A stretch of 32,587 nt of DNA from Eledone cirrhosa (GCA_964016885.1 CAXHJY010000499.1:1-32587); one strand, 5' to 3'. Positions 14,424 through 27,881 are shown, counted from the stretch's first letter. The notes: generated from the sequence alone by a model not told the origin. Numbers and translations are program-made.

Positions 14424-14596
14424 TCGGTAGAGGGTCGGACGCCATGCTTTCCAGCATAGTTACGTCCCTTTACGATCTGAGTTCAAATCCCGCCCAGGTT
14501 GACTTTGCCTTTCATCCTTACGGGGGACGATAAAATAAAGTACCAGTAATGCACTGGGTAATTGCTGGCCTTGTGCCTAAAGTAGAAACAATTATA
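14424..14596 (+). mobile_element. tRNA-derived SINE, slightly 5'-truncated, head-to-head with the previous copy
   Basis: B box gagttcaaatccc, core ttgcctttcatccttacggg and tail gtagaaacaattat. Confidence 0.88.
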
Positions 14597-14932
14597 TATA
14601 TATATAATGTAGATATTTGTATATATAAAAATCGAAACCCTGTTTATAAACAGCTAATCAACACCTTGTTTAGCTGGCAAATATACCCCCTGCCCCTGTT
14701 TAATGTGTTTGGTCACATGTTCCTCAGCTTAAATTCGTGTGTACCAGTACTTCAATAAAATTAAGACAAATGGTTTTAATTAAAAATATATTTCTTAAGT
14801 AATGTTCTAATTAACAGTTTAGCAATTAATTATTTTATTAAATTTCCTCCAATTTTTTGATTAATTTCAAAATTAATTGAAACTTCATAGGCAGTGTATT
14901 TCATTATAAATACAGTAACAAAAGGGTTAAAT

Positions 14933-16673
14933 TCCTGGTCTACGGCTGTGATTTGGTGGTGTTAGAGCTTGGGATTAAAAGGTGTGTGGTACCCCAGTCT
15001 AGGACTGTGAATTGGTGGTGTTAGAGCTTGTGATTTAAAGCTGTGTGGTACCCCAGTCTAGGACTGTGAATTGGTGGTGTTAAAGCTTGGGATTAAAAGG
15101 TGTGTGGTACCCCAGTCTAGGACTGTGAATTGGTGGTGTTAAAGCTTGGGATTAAAAGGTGTGTGGTACCCCAGTCTAGGACTGTGAATTGGTGGTGTTA
15201 AAGCTTGGGATTAAAAGGTGTGTGGTACCCCAGTCTAGGACTGTGAATTGGTGGTGTTAAAGCTTGGGATTAAAAGGTGTGTGGTACCCCAGTCTAGGAC
15301 TGTGAATTGGTGGTGTTAAAGCTTGGGATTAAAAGGTGTGTGGTACCCCAGTCTAGGACTGTGAATTGGTGGTGTTAAAGCTTGGGATTAAAAGGTGTGT
15401 GGTACCCCAGTCTAGGACTGTGAATTGGTGGTGTTAGAGCTTGGGATTAAAAGGTGTGTGGTACCCCAGTCTAGGACTGTGAATTGGTGGTGTTAGAGCT
15501 TGTGATTTAAAGCTGTGTGGTACCCCAGTCTAGGACTGTGAATTGGTGGTGTTAGAGCTTGTGATTTAAAGCTGTGTGGTACCCCAGTCTAGGACTGTGA
15601 ATTGGTGGTGTTAGAGCTTGGGATTAAAAGGTGTGTGGTACCCCAGTCTAGGACTGTGAATTGGTGGTGTTAGAGCTTGTGATTTAAAGCTGTGTGGTAC
15701 CCCAGTCTAGGACTGTGAATTGGTGGTGTTAAAGCTTGGGATTAAAAGGTGTGTGGTACCCCAGTCTAGGACTGTGAATTGGTGGTGTTAAAGCTTGGGA
15801 TTAAAAGGTGTGTGGTACCCCAGTCTAGGACTGTGAATTGGTGGTGTTAAAGCTTGGGATTAAAAGGTGTGTGGTACCCCAGTCTAGGACTGTGAATTGG
15901 TGGTGTTAAAGCTTGGGATTAAAAGGTGTGTGGTACCCCAGTCTAGGACTGTGAATTGGTGGTGTTAAAGCTTGGGATTAAAAGGTGTGTGGTACCCCAG
16001 TCTAGGACTGTGAATTGGTGGTGTTAAAGCTTGGGATTAAAAGGTGTGTGGTACCCCAGTCTAGGACTGTGAATTGGTGGTGTTAAAGCTTGGGATTAAA
16101 AGGTGTGTGGTACCCCAGTCTAGGACTGTGAATTGGTGGTGTTAGAGCTTGTGATTTAAAGCTGTGTGGTACCCCAGTCTAGGACTGTGAATTGGTGGTG
16201 TTAGAGCTTGGGATTAAAAGGTGTGTGGTACCCCAGTCTAGGACTGTGAATTGGTGGTGTTAGAGCTTGTGATTTAAAGCTGTGTGGTACCCCAGTCTAG
16301 GACTGTGAATTGGTGGTGTTAGAGCTTGTGATTTAAAGCTGTGTGGTACCCCAGTCTAGGACTGTGAATTGGTGGTGTTAGAGCTTGGGATTAAAAGGTG
16401 TGTGGTACCCCAGTCTAGGACTGTGAATTGGTGGTGTTAGAGCTTGTGATTTAAAGCTGTGTGGTACCCCAGTCTAGGACTGTGAATTGGTGGTGTTAAA
16501 GCTTGGGATTAAAAGGTGTGTGGTACCCCAGTCTAGGACTGTGAATTGGTGGTGTTAAAGCTTGGGATTAAAAGGTGTGTGGTACCCCAGTCTAGGACTG
16601 TGAATTGGTGGTGTTAAAGCTTGGGATTAAAAGGTGTGTGGTACCCCAGTCTAGGACTGTGAATTGGTGGTGT
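14933..16673. repeat. 59-bp minisatellite, ~29.5 copies, three variants
   Basis: Unit ccccagtctaggactgtgaattggtggtgttaaagcttgggattaaaaggtgtgtggta; no spacers. Confidence 0.97.
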
Positions 16674-16996
16674 GTAGATATGTATGTATATAGACATGTA
16701 TATATATATGTGTATAGACATGTATGTATATGGACATGTATATATATGTATGTGTATGTATATGGACATGTATATATATATGTATGTATATGTATATGGA
16801 CATGTATATATATATATGTATGTATATGTATATGGACATGTATATAGACATGTATATATATGTATATGTATGTTTATGTATATAGACATGTATATATATG
16901 TATATAGACATGTATATATATGTATATAGACATGTATATATATGTATGTTTATGTATATAGACATGTATATATATATGTATATGTATATGGACATG

Positions 16997-17027
<31 letters not shown>

Positions 17028-17155
17028 GTATATGGACATGTATATATATATATGTATATATATATGAATGTATATGTATATGGACATATGTATATATATA
17101 TATGTATATGTATATGGACATATGTATATATATATATATGTATGTATATGTATAT

Positions 17156-17197
<42 letters not shown>

Positions 17198-17209
17198 ATG
17201 TATATGGAC

Positions 17210-17243
<34 letters not shown>

Positions 17244-17259
17244 GTATATGTATATGGAC

Positions 17260-17307
<48 letters not shown>

Positions 17308-17369
17308 ATGTATATGGACATATATATGTATATGTATATATATATATATGTATGTATATGGATATGGAC

Positions 17370-17413
<44 letters not shown>

Positions 17414-17471
17414 ATGTATATGGACATATATATGTATATGTATATATATATATATGTATGTATATGGATAT

Positions 17472-17513
<42 letters not shown>

Positions 17514-17819
17514 ACATGTATGTATATATATATATATATGGACATGTATGTATATATATATATATATGGACATGTATGTATATATATATATATATATGGA
17601 CATGTATGTATATATATATATATATATGGACATGTATGTATATATATATATATATATATGGACATGTATGTATATATATATATATATATATGGACATGTA
17701 TGTATATATATATATATATATGGACATGTATGTATATATATATATATATATGGACATGTATGTATATATATATATATATGTATGTATATGGATATGGATA
17801 TATATATATATATATATAT
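16674..17819. repeat. (TA)n/GGACATG compound microsatellite
   Basis: Seen directly; it resumes at 18277-18470 after the PLE insertion. Confidence 0.93.
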
Positions 17820-17941
17820 GGAAAGTTATATTTAAATTGTTGGGTTACAACTAGTAAATATTTATAACTGATATAAAAGCACTCAACAAGTATTTGGAGT
17901 ATATTTACGATATTAAATAAATCGAAACTATATTTATAAAA

Positions 17942-18022
17942 CCATATTTATTTCATTATATATATTTCAGGGATATCATATTAACAATATGTTATGCCTT
18001 CCTCAGACAAAATACAATATAG
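17942..18022 (-). ncRNA. type I hammerhead ribozyme (family A, inverted arm)
   Basis: Reverse complement of 18160-18240. Confidence 0.8.
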
Positions 18023-18159
18023 ACAGTTTTATAGATAAATAGATTTGACATACCGTTCAACATCGACTTGTATTTGAAAAAGTTGATTTGGCAGATCAAC
18101 TTTTTCAAATACAAGTCGATGTTGAACGGTATGTGAAATCTATTTATCTATAAAACTGT

Positions 18160-18240
18160 CTATATTGTATTTTGTCTGAGGAAGGCATAACATATTGTTA
18201 ATATGATATCCCTGAAATATATATAATGAAATAAATATGG
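18160..18240 (+). ncRNA. type I hammerhead ribozyme (family A)
   Basis: CTGAGGA 18176-18182; stem II agg-c-ata-a-catatt-gtt-aatatg-a-tat-c-cct; GAAA 18214-18217; stem III ATATATAT; AUA site with cleavage after 18225; stem I 18160-18175 pairs with 18226-18240 with one bulge. Confidence 0.82.
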
Positions 18241-18418
18241 TTTTATAAATATAGTTTCCATTTATTTAATATCGTATATATATATATGTAGATGGACATG
18301 TATGTATATGTATATATATGTAGGACATGTATGTATATGTATGTAGATGGACATGTATGTGTATGTATATATATATGTAGATGGACATGTATGTATATGT
18401 ATATATATGTAGATGGAC

Positions 18419-18467
<49 letters not shown>

Positions 18468-18564
18468 GACATGTATCATCATCGACAATGTCTATTTTCC
18501 ACCGTAGCATGGGTTAGACAGGTTTGTCCCATTTAGAGGCAAGTTGGGTCGATGGATGTATGTG

Positions 18565-18615
<51 letters not shown>

Positions 18616-18651
18616 TGACATGTATGTATGTAGACATGTATGTATGTGTAT

Positions 18652-19193
18652 ATCAGCATCATCATCATAAACATCGTTTAACGTCCATCTTCCACGCTTG
18701 CATGGGTTTGGACGGGAGTTTTCCCACTTGAGGCAAGATTGGTTGTCCTGCTCGTATAGGACTGTCTGGCAGGTTTTCTACGGCTGGATGCCCTTCCTAA
18801 CACCAACCACGTTTACAGTGTGGACTGGGAGGTTTTTACCGTGTTACCAACACGGCCACATTACAGCCTGGACTGTGTTTTTTTGTCGTGACACCTACAC
18901 GACCTCATTTGTTTCGGACTGGATGTTGTGGTACCAACATAACTTCACATTTAAGGGAGTGGTGTAGATGGGGTGGGGTAGTGGGACGGGGGTGTATTTT
19001 GTTAGAGGTGCCTACTGACTGTAGGTTTCGCTTTGTACTTAGGCAAGGCGGGTCTTCTGTATAACTGTGTAGGGCCAAAGATCTCGGTCCAGTGACATTG
19101 TCTTGGAGAGGTGTAAGTGTGTGAGGTCGGAATTTATCAAGTCGTCCCAGATTTTTCTGGGTCTGCCTACTCCGTGGCCACCGTCTATTTTTA
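18652..19193 (-). mobile_element. RTE-like LINE 3' fragment with (GAT)n tail
   Basis: Homologous to 29252-29800; ends ggacgttaaacgatg...(gat)n; encodes a GRPRKxW C-terminal remnant. Confidence 0.8.
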
Positions 19194-19550
19194 TGTATGT
19201 AGGCATGTATGTATATGTATGTGTATATCCTAAAAAATCTGTCTGGTGAGGAATTTTAACAACAGAGACTTAAGTTACTTACAGCTGCTGTTGTTGTTGT
19301 TGTGAAACAGGAAATATGGAATTGTATTTGGGTGTGTGTGTGTGTTCATCTGTGTACCCACATTTACACACACACACACACACACGTGTGTCTGTGTGTG
19401 TATATATATATGTGTGTGTGTATTTATGTATGTGTATATATATATATGTGTGTGTATATTGTATATATATATTATATATGTATATATGTGTGTGTGTATG
19501 TATATATATATGTGTGTGTGTGTATGTATATATATATATATGTGTGGGTG

Positions 19551-19591
<41 letters not shown>

Positions 19592-19825
19592 CCACACACA
19601 GAAGCCCATACCCCTCCATGTTATAAGCTGTGTAAATTGTTTAGCTTTGAAATATTTAAATGTTTTCTAAAACTAAAACCCATTAGATGCCCCCCCCCCC
19701 ACTTCCTCTCACTCCCTTTATCTCTCTCCCTCTCTTTCCTCTCACCCCCGTTATCTCCCCCCCCCCTTTATCTCGCCAAATTATAGGCTGTGTCTTTCAT
19801 TAGAACTAGGGTAATGGAATGGTTA

Positions 19826-19990
19826 ATAATTGTTTTTACTTTTTGGCACAAGGCTAGCAATGATGCCACTGTATTACTGGTACTTTATTTTATCCCGTAA
19901 GGATGAAAGGCAAAGTTAACCTCGGCGGGATTTGAGGGATGTAACTGCGCTGCAAATCATGGCGTTTGACCCTCTACCGATACTGCCAAT
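19826..19990 (-). mobile_element. tRNA-derived SINE (Deu/Nin-like core), internally deleted
   Basis: Contains gtactttattttat...aaggatgaaaggcaaagttaacctcggcgggatttga. Confidence 0.82.
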
Positions 19991-20211
19991 CTACAATAGT
20001 TATATTACTAAATCTCTCCAAATTATAGGCTGTGTCTTTCATTAGAAATATGGTAACGAAGGGTTCGTCTGTTGCCTTAATTACTAGGGATATATTATTA
20101 AAACAATAATAAAGATACAACAACAACAACAAGCTGTACCTCTTCACCTTGTTTGTCTGTTAGAGTTGCAATCTACCATAACTGGCTGTTAGAGAGAGAT
20201 AGTGAGAGAGG

Positions 20212-20263
<52 letters not shown>

Positions 20264-20569
20264 TATATAGAGAGAGAGAATTGATGGACAGACGGACAGG
20301 CAGACAGTCTTCCTATAAATAATTGATATTACAGCAATGTTTTGGAGGAGGGGGAGGAGTGTTGGGAGAAGTAGAAAGGGACCTGTTGTGCTGAGAAGTG
20401 TTCTTAAAACTATAAAAGAGGAGGGGGGTCTAAAGTCATGAGGGGTTCCTTAAATACCATTATTGTAACCAAATTCTTATTTTGGAAACATTAGAAATCA
20501 TTTGGGACTTTCTGAGAATTGTCAGAACAATCCTTTCAGTAGTTTGGTTCCATCGGAACCATATTGTAG

Positions 20570-20975
20570 CCATCATCATCATCACTATCACCTACATCAC
20601 TGTCACCACTCCATCTCTACCACCATCAGCATCACCACCAACATCCCCATCACCTCAACCATCATCACCACTGCTGCCAACAACAACCCACCACCCACCC
20701 ACGACCAACACACACCACCCTTCCCACACCACCACCAACACACACCACCACCCCACCAACCACCCTTCCCACACCACCACCACTCACCCACCACCAACAC
20801 CCACCACCCTTCCCACACCACCACCCACCCACCACCAACACCCACCACCCACCCGCCACCCTTCCCACACCACCACCCACCCACCACCAACACACACCAC
20901 CCACCCGCCACCCTTCCCACACCACCACCAACACACCCCACCCTTCCCACACCACCACCACCCTTCCCACCACCA
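20570..20975. repeat. C/A-rich degenerate repeat (caccacccttcccacaccac-like units)
   Basis: Seen directly. Confidence 0.88.
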
Positions 20976-21630
20976 TATTTCGTTCACTTAAGTGTTTATA
21001 TACAACCATATTAAGTTATAATATACATGTGTGTATATTTGTGTATATTTGTGTGTGTGTGTGTGTGTGTGTGTATTTGTATATGCATACATAAGTGTGT
21101 GTGTGTACTGGAAATATGTGGGTGGGGTAAGGTAAAACAATTGGACTGAGGGAGAGGTGGGAGAGGTACAAGAATTTGATTTTTCTCCCACACCACCACC
21201 CTTACCCCACCACCCCACCTCAACCCACCCTTACCCTACCCTTAGGAATTTATAAAATATTTCTGACTTGATATATATTTCTCTCTAGAACTACCAACTA
21301 AACCTCAGAGTTGGGGGTTTCACCATTATGGTGGTGTGTATGGTGATGGTGATGGTTGTGGTGGTGGTGTTAGTGGTGATGATGATGGTTGTGGTGGTGG
21401 TTATGTTTGTGTTAAGGGAGGGGAGGGGGTAATCCTTACACTTCTCACTGATCCTAATCCCGTGATCCCTTGTTATTGTATGTAATAAGGGCTGCATTAA
21501 ATCCCTGCATTTAACCCCTAATTTATAAATATCACCTGCTCTATTATTTTTTACCTTTTAAACAGCTTTTCTTTTAACTCCCAAGAGAGTCATGGGGATC
21601 CCTGTATTGACATACAACATTTCTAGGGTA

Positions 21631-22583
21631 TTTTAAACCTGGTGGAGCCCATCTCCTCTACTTTAAACCTGGTGGAGCCCATCTCCTCTACTTTAAACCT
21701 GGTGGAGCCCATCTCTACTTTAAACCTGGTGGAGCCCATCTCCTCTACTTTAAACCTGGTGGAGCCCATCTCCTCTACTTTAAACCTGGTGGAGCCCATC
21801 TCCTCTACTTTAAACCTGGTGGAGCCCATCTCCTCTACTTTAAACCTGGTGGAGCCCATCTCCTCTACTTTAAACCTGGTGGAGCCCATCTCCTCTACTT
21901 TAAACCTGGTGGAGCCCATCTCCTCTACTTTAAACCTGGTGGAGCCCATCTCTACTTTAAACCTGGTGGAGCCCATCTCCTCTACTTTAAACCTGGTGGA
22001 GCCCATCTCTACTTTAAACCTGGTGGAGCCCATCTCTACTTTAAACCTGGTGGAGCCCATCTCTACTTTAAACCTGGTGGAGCCTATCTCTACTTTAAAC
22101 CTGGTGGAGCCCATCTCTACTTTAAACCTGGTGGAGCCCATCTCTACTTTAAACCTGGTGGAGCCCATCTCTACTTTAAACCTGGTGGAGCCCATCTCTA
22201 CTTTAAACCTGGTGGAGCCCATCTCTACTTTAAACCTGGTGGAGCCCATCTCTACTTTAAACCTGGTGGAGCCCATCTCCTCTACTTTAAACCTGGTGGA
22301 GCCCATCTCCTCTACTTTAAACCTGGTGGAGCCCATCTCCTCTACTTTAAACCTGGTGGAGCCCATCTCCTCTACTTTAAACCTGGTGGAGCCCATCTCC
22401 TCTACTTTAAACCTGGTGGAGCCCATCTCCTCTACTTTAAACCTGGTGGAGCCCATCTCCTCTACTTTAAACCTGGTCGAGCCCATCTCCTCTACTTTAA
22501 ACCTGGTCGAGCCCATCTCCTCTACTTTAAACCTGGTCGAGCCCATCTCCTCTACTTTAAACCTGGTCGAGCCCATCTCCTCT
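21631..22583. repeat. 30/27-bp minisatellite, ~33 copies
   Basis: Unit tttaaacctggtggagcccatctc(ctc)tac; the last few copies carry gtcga for gtgga. Confidence 0.97.
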
Positions 22584-22692
22584 CCAGGCCTGAGTAGAGC
22601 AGATTTCTTCCAGAGAAGGATAGAAAGGGTGAAAGAAAGGAAGTGAGGAAGAGATATAGAGGAAGAATCAAACCCAGTACTTGACTTGATTA

Positions 22693-22870
22693 ATCATCAT
22701 CATCGTTTAATGTACATCTTCCACGCTAGCATGGGTTAGACGGGGTCCCACTTGAGGCCATGACCGTGTCTCGCTCGTATAGGACTATCTGGCAGATTTT
22801 CTACAGCTGGATGCCCTTCCTAACACCAACCACATTTACAGTGTGGACTTAGAACTTTTTACTGTTACCT
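22693..22870 (-). mobile_element. short 3' fragment of the same (GAT)n-tailed RTE-like family
   Basis: catcatcatcgtttaatgt...gcatgggttagacgg...gctggatgcccttcctaacaccaaccac. Confidence 0.8.
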
Positions 22871-22875
22871 ATGAC

Positions 22876-23005
22876 CGGTACTTTATTTTATCAACCCTTT
22901 CCACAGAAGGATGAAAGGCAAAGTTGACCCCCACTAGGATTTAAATTCAGATCATGTAAGGAACTGTTACTAAAACCATTTGTTCAGGCCCCTAGCGATT
23001 CTGTC
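22876..23005 (-). mobile_element. degenerate SINE (Deu/Nin-like core)
   Basis: ggtactttattttatcaaccc...aaggatgaaaggcaaagttgacc...gatttaaattcag. Confidence 0.7.
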
Positions 23006-23779
23006 CCCCTCCTGACAATAGGAGGAGGTAGGGCTTGGTTTTGTATTTTGTTATTTTTAGGGGTCATGATATACTTTTCAATTAATCATATCTTTTCCTT
23101 AAGGCACCTAAAAACATTAAAAGGCTGTTTGAAAACCCTTGTTAATCTTCTGAGAATTGGGTATAATGATATCTCTCATAGTGTGTGTGTGTGTGTGTGT
23201 GTTGGTGCTTGTATATGAGTGTGTTGTGTGTGTTAGCGTGTGTGGGCATTAGTAATAATCATTTTATAAAATAGGGGTGGTGGAGGAGGGATGTCTGCCA
23301 GGCTGAGCTACTCAGTCCACCATCACCTCACCACCATTGCCACCTCACTATCACCACACACGCACACACACACACACACAACACACACACATACACACAA
23401 CACACACACACACACACAACACACAACACACACACACACACACACACACAACACAACACACACACACACACAACACGCACAACATAACACACACATAACA
23501 CACACACACATGCACACAATTCACACACATACGCATGCAGACACACACATGCACCTAGAAACACACTCACAAATACACCCACACACACTGGGGTACCTAT
23601 TATCAAAACACCCAAAAAAACCTATGAGATACAACCTGTGTAGGTGTGTAGGTATTTAGGTGTGTATGTATGTGTGTATGTAGGTGTGTATGTATGTGTG
23701 TGTATGTGTGTATATGTAGGTGTGTATAATATATTTCATTTCTATTTACTAAATATCTTTTCTTTCTTTCTACTTGTAG

Positions 23780-24067
23780 TTTGTTTAACGTATGGCGAAG
23801 ACATAGGCTGCACCTCACAAAACACATCCGTCCCCGTCGGAGCTAATGTTACGATGTGTTGCATCTGGAAGAAAAATGAATCAGTGTTTTGGACACTAGA
23901 CAACAAGATCATTATTAACAATATGACATTGACTTTCGTAGATAAAAATCGTTTCAAAGTCATTGCGAATGGCAATTTTATGATATTAAATGTAAATAAA
24001 GGAGACGCTGGTAACTATGGTTGCACTTCTGGTAATAATTATAGAAAAATAATACTTGATGTTTTAT
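23780..24067 (+). CDS. exon of an IgSF cell-surface protein: end of signal peptide + first Ig domain
   Basis: Acceptor ttctacttgtag|, donor |gtgagt, phase 1-1, 288 bp. Peptide CLTYG-EDIG...NVTMCC...VFW...DAGNYGC has the Ig C/W/DxGxYxC motif. Confidence 0.88.
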
Positions 24068-24338
24068 GTGAGTAAAGTTCCACATTGCTTTTACCCTCAC
24101 TTTTATCCTCATCCTCATTAGTCATTTTACTGTACCTCTACCTGTACTGTCATTAGTCACACACCTGTACTGTCATTTTACTGTACCTCTACCTGTACTG
24201 TCATTTTACTATACCTCTACCTGTACTGTAATGTCATTACTGTCATACTATTGTACCTGTACTGACATTACCTTTACTGTGATATCTTTGTGTATAATAT
24301 CATTTAAGTATATTACCACCCCTACTCGTTTCTGAAGC

Positions 24339-24506
24339 TTAACCCTTTAACATTTAAACCAGCCATAACCGGCAGCTCATACTTATGTTAAGGTATTCTC
24401 AAAATATATAATATCAAAATCTCATAGATTCAATATTATGTGAGATAAAGTGTTTACCGTGAAAATAGCATAATAAATATAGAGTAATGTAACTGGTAAA
24501 GGGTTG
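24339..24506. mobile_element. possible MITE with TTAA-CCCT...AGGG-TT(G)A ends
   Basis: Begins ttaaccctttaac and ends taaagggttga; the right end overlaps a SINE fragment. Confidence 0.4.
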
Positions 24507-24850
24507 ATAAAATATAGTACCAGTAATGTACTGAGGTCAATTTAATTGACTTCCCCTCACGCTAAAGTTGCTGGCCCTTTTGTGTAAAGTAGAAATCATT
24601 ATTAGTCTTAGTGGCATAGAGTTGCGGCCCATTACATTATGAGTTCAAATCTCGTTTTACAGGGTTGATAAAGTAAAATACTGGCGTTGATTTAATCAAC
24701 TTTTCCCTCGCGCCAATGTTGCTTGCCTTGTCTAAAGTAGGAATCATTATTAACTTTGCCTTTCATCCTTACGGGGTCGATAAAATAAAGTACCAGTAAT
24801 GCACTGAGGTAATTGCTGGCCTTGTGTCTACAGTAGAAACAATTATTACA
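24500..24850 (+). mobile_element. three tandem 5'-truncated SINE fragments
   Basis: Three repeats of ggttgataaa...gtaccagt...gctggccttgt...gtagaaatcattatta, ending near 24604, 24752 and 24849. Confidence 0.78.
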
Positions 24851-24907
24851 ATACAAAGAAGACCACTTCAAACAAGGGACACAACTCCGACGATATTATT
24901 ATAGTAA

Positions 24908-25100
24908 GGGCGGTGAATTTGCAGTATCGGTAGAGGGTCGGACGCCATGCTTTCCAGCATAGTTACGACCCTTTACGATCTGAGTTCAAATCCCACCGAG
25001 GTTAACTTTGCCTTTCATCCTTATAGGGTCGATAAAATAAAGTACCAGTAATGCACTGAGTAATTTTTGGCCTTGTGCCAAAAGTAGAAAAAAATTATTA
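24908..25100 (+). mobile_element. full-length tRNA-derived SINE (Deu/Nin-like core)
   Basis: A-box-like ttgcagtatcgg, B box gagttcaaatccc, core ttaactttgcctttcatcctt...ggtcgataaaataaagtaccagt, (TTA) tail. Confidence 0.9.
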
Positions 25101-25366
25101 TAGTAAGGGAAACAACTCCCGTTATTACAATGAAAAGGGAAAAAACTACATAAGGTAAATCACTACAGGACTTGAGTGTTTTGAAGAATCTTATTGATGG
25201 TGGTGGCTAGAGGGTTAAGCGCCGTTTTGAAAGTCGTGGTTGTTTTGATGAAAGTTGGTTTATTATTTTTTTTTTTTTTAATATATAAAATGTATCATTT
25301 ATTTTTTTCTTTCCAATATATAAAATCTAAAAAAAAAATCTATCATTTCCCCCCCTCCCCTGGCAG

Positions 25367-25651
25367 TGCCACCAGGGACACCAGAGATTACAGGAAAACT
25401 GATATACGACGAAGGTGACCAGATCTCACTGACATGTACCTCAACTGGAGGTAACCCACCACCACAACTTTACTGGGTCTCTAACAACAAAAACTATTCA
25501 GACAAGACCAGCCACAATGGTGCAATATCTTCAATAGACTTGAAGATAGCAGTCAACAGGACATTTAATGGTCAACAAATAGCTTGCTATGCAGAGAATA
25601 TTGTAAACCGGAATAATCCAGTTGAGATAAAGAAGACTCTCAATGTACATT
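25367..25651 (+). CDS. exon of the IgSF protein: second Ig domain (C2-type, nephrin/Kirre/Sidestep-like)
   Basis: Acceptor ccccctcccctggcag|, donor |gtaagt, phase 1-1, 285 bp. Peptide PPGTPEI...LTCTSTGGNPPPQLYW...NGQQIACYAEN...LNVH. Confidence 0.92.
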
Positions 25652-25662
25652 GTAAGTATTTC

Positions 25663-27200
25663 ATATACACCCTCTCTTTCAATATACACTAGTAGAATAC
25701 ATATATATACACCCTCTCTTTCAATATATACTAGTAGAATACATATATATACACCCTCTCTTTCAATATACACTAGTAGAATACATATATATATACACCC
25801 TCTGTCAATATATACTAGTAGAATACATATATATACACCCTCTCTGTCAATATATACTAGTAGAATACATATATATATACACCCTCTCTGTCAATATATA
25901 CTAGTAGAATACATATATATACACCCTCTCTTTCAATATATACTAGTAGAATACATATATATACACCCTCTCTTTCAATATACACTAGTAGAATACATAT
26001 ATATACACCCTCTCTTTCAATATACACTAGTAGAATACATATATATACACCCTCTCTGTCAATGTATACTAGTAGAATACATATATATACACCCTCTCTT
26101 TCAATATATACTAGTAGAATACATATATATACACCCTCTCTGTCAATATATACTAGTAGAATACATATATATACACCCTCTCTTTCAATATATACTAGTA
26201 GAATACATATATATATACACCCTCTCTTTCAATATACACTAGTAGAATACATATATATACACCCTCTCGGTCAATATACACTAGTAGAATACATATATAT
26301 ATACACCCTCTCTGTCAATATATACTAGTAGAATACATATATATACACCCTCTCTGTCAATATATACTAGTAGAATGCATATATATACACCCTCTCTTTC
26401 AATATATACTAGTAGAATACATATATATACACCCTCTCTTTCAATATACACTAGTAGAATACATATATATACACCCCTCTCTTTCAATATACACTAGTAG
26501 AATACATATATATACACCCTCTCTGTCAATATATACTAGTAGAATACATATATATATACCCTCTCTGTCAATATATACTAGTAGAATACATATATATACA
26601 CCCTCTCTTTCAATATACACTAGTAGAATACATATATTTATACAACCCTCTCTTTCAATATACACTAGTAGAATACATATATATACACCCTCTCTTTCAA
26701 TATACACTAGTAGAATACATATATATACACCTCTCTGTCAATATATACTAGTAGAATACATATATATACACCCTCTCTTTCAATATACACTAGTAGAATA
26801 CATATATATACACCCTCTCTGTCAATATATACTAGTAGAATACATATATATACACCCTCTCTTTCAATATATACTAGTAGAATACATATATATACACCCT
26901 CTCTTTCAATATATACTAGTAGAATACATATATATACACCCTCTCTTTCAATATACACTAGTAGAATACATATATATACACCCTCTCTTTCAATATACAC
27001 TAGTAGAATACATATATATACACCCTCTCTTTCAATATACACTAGTAGAATACATATATATACACCCTCTCTTTCAATATACACTAGTAGAATACATATA
27101 TATACACCCTCTCTGTCAATGTATACTAGTAGAATACATATATATATACACCCTCTCTGTCAATATATACTAGTAGAATACATATATATATACACCCTCT
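25663..27200. repeat. ~42-bp minisatellite, ~36 copies
   Basis: Unit accctctct(t/g)tcaatata(t/c)actagtagaatacatatatatac. Confidence 0.96.
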
Positions 27201-27230
27201 ATCTTTCCATCATACTTTATAAGTCCTTGT

Positions 27231-27851
<621 letters not shown>

Positions 27852-27881
27852 AATATTTACTTCTCTATCTATTCTTGGTAG

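Larger units (their letters stand above)
17820..18276 (+). mobile_element. family A pLTR-only insertion: 86-bp tail + ~182-bp-arm fold-back
   Basis: 17820-17913 is the reverse complement of 10476-10569; 17906-18094 matches 7804-7990; 18095-18276 is the reverse complement of the left arm. Confidence 0.9.

Noticed and set aside
14933-16673. CRISPR-like regular array
   Set aside because: No unique spacers, no cas genes, eukaryotic context.
19771-20046. 35-bp direct repeat flanking a SINE as a target-site duplication
   Set aside because: The repeats do not abut the SINE ends and match the transposon-terminus family seen at 3134-3436.
20411-20418. TATAAAAG promoter candidate
   Set aside because: The downstream ATG closes after 18 codons and there is no supporting exon; the motif is expected by chance in AT-rich DNA.
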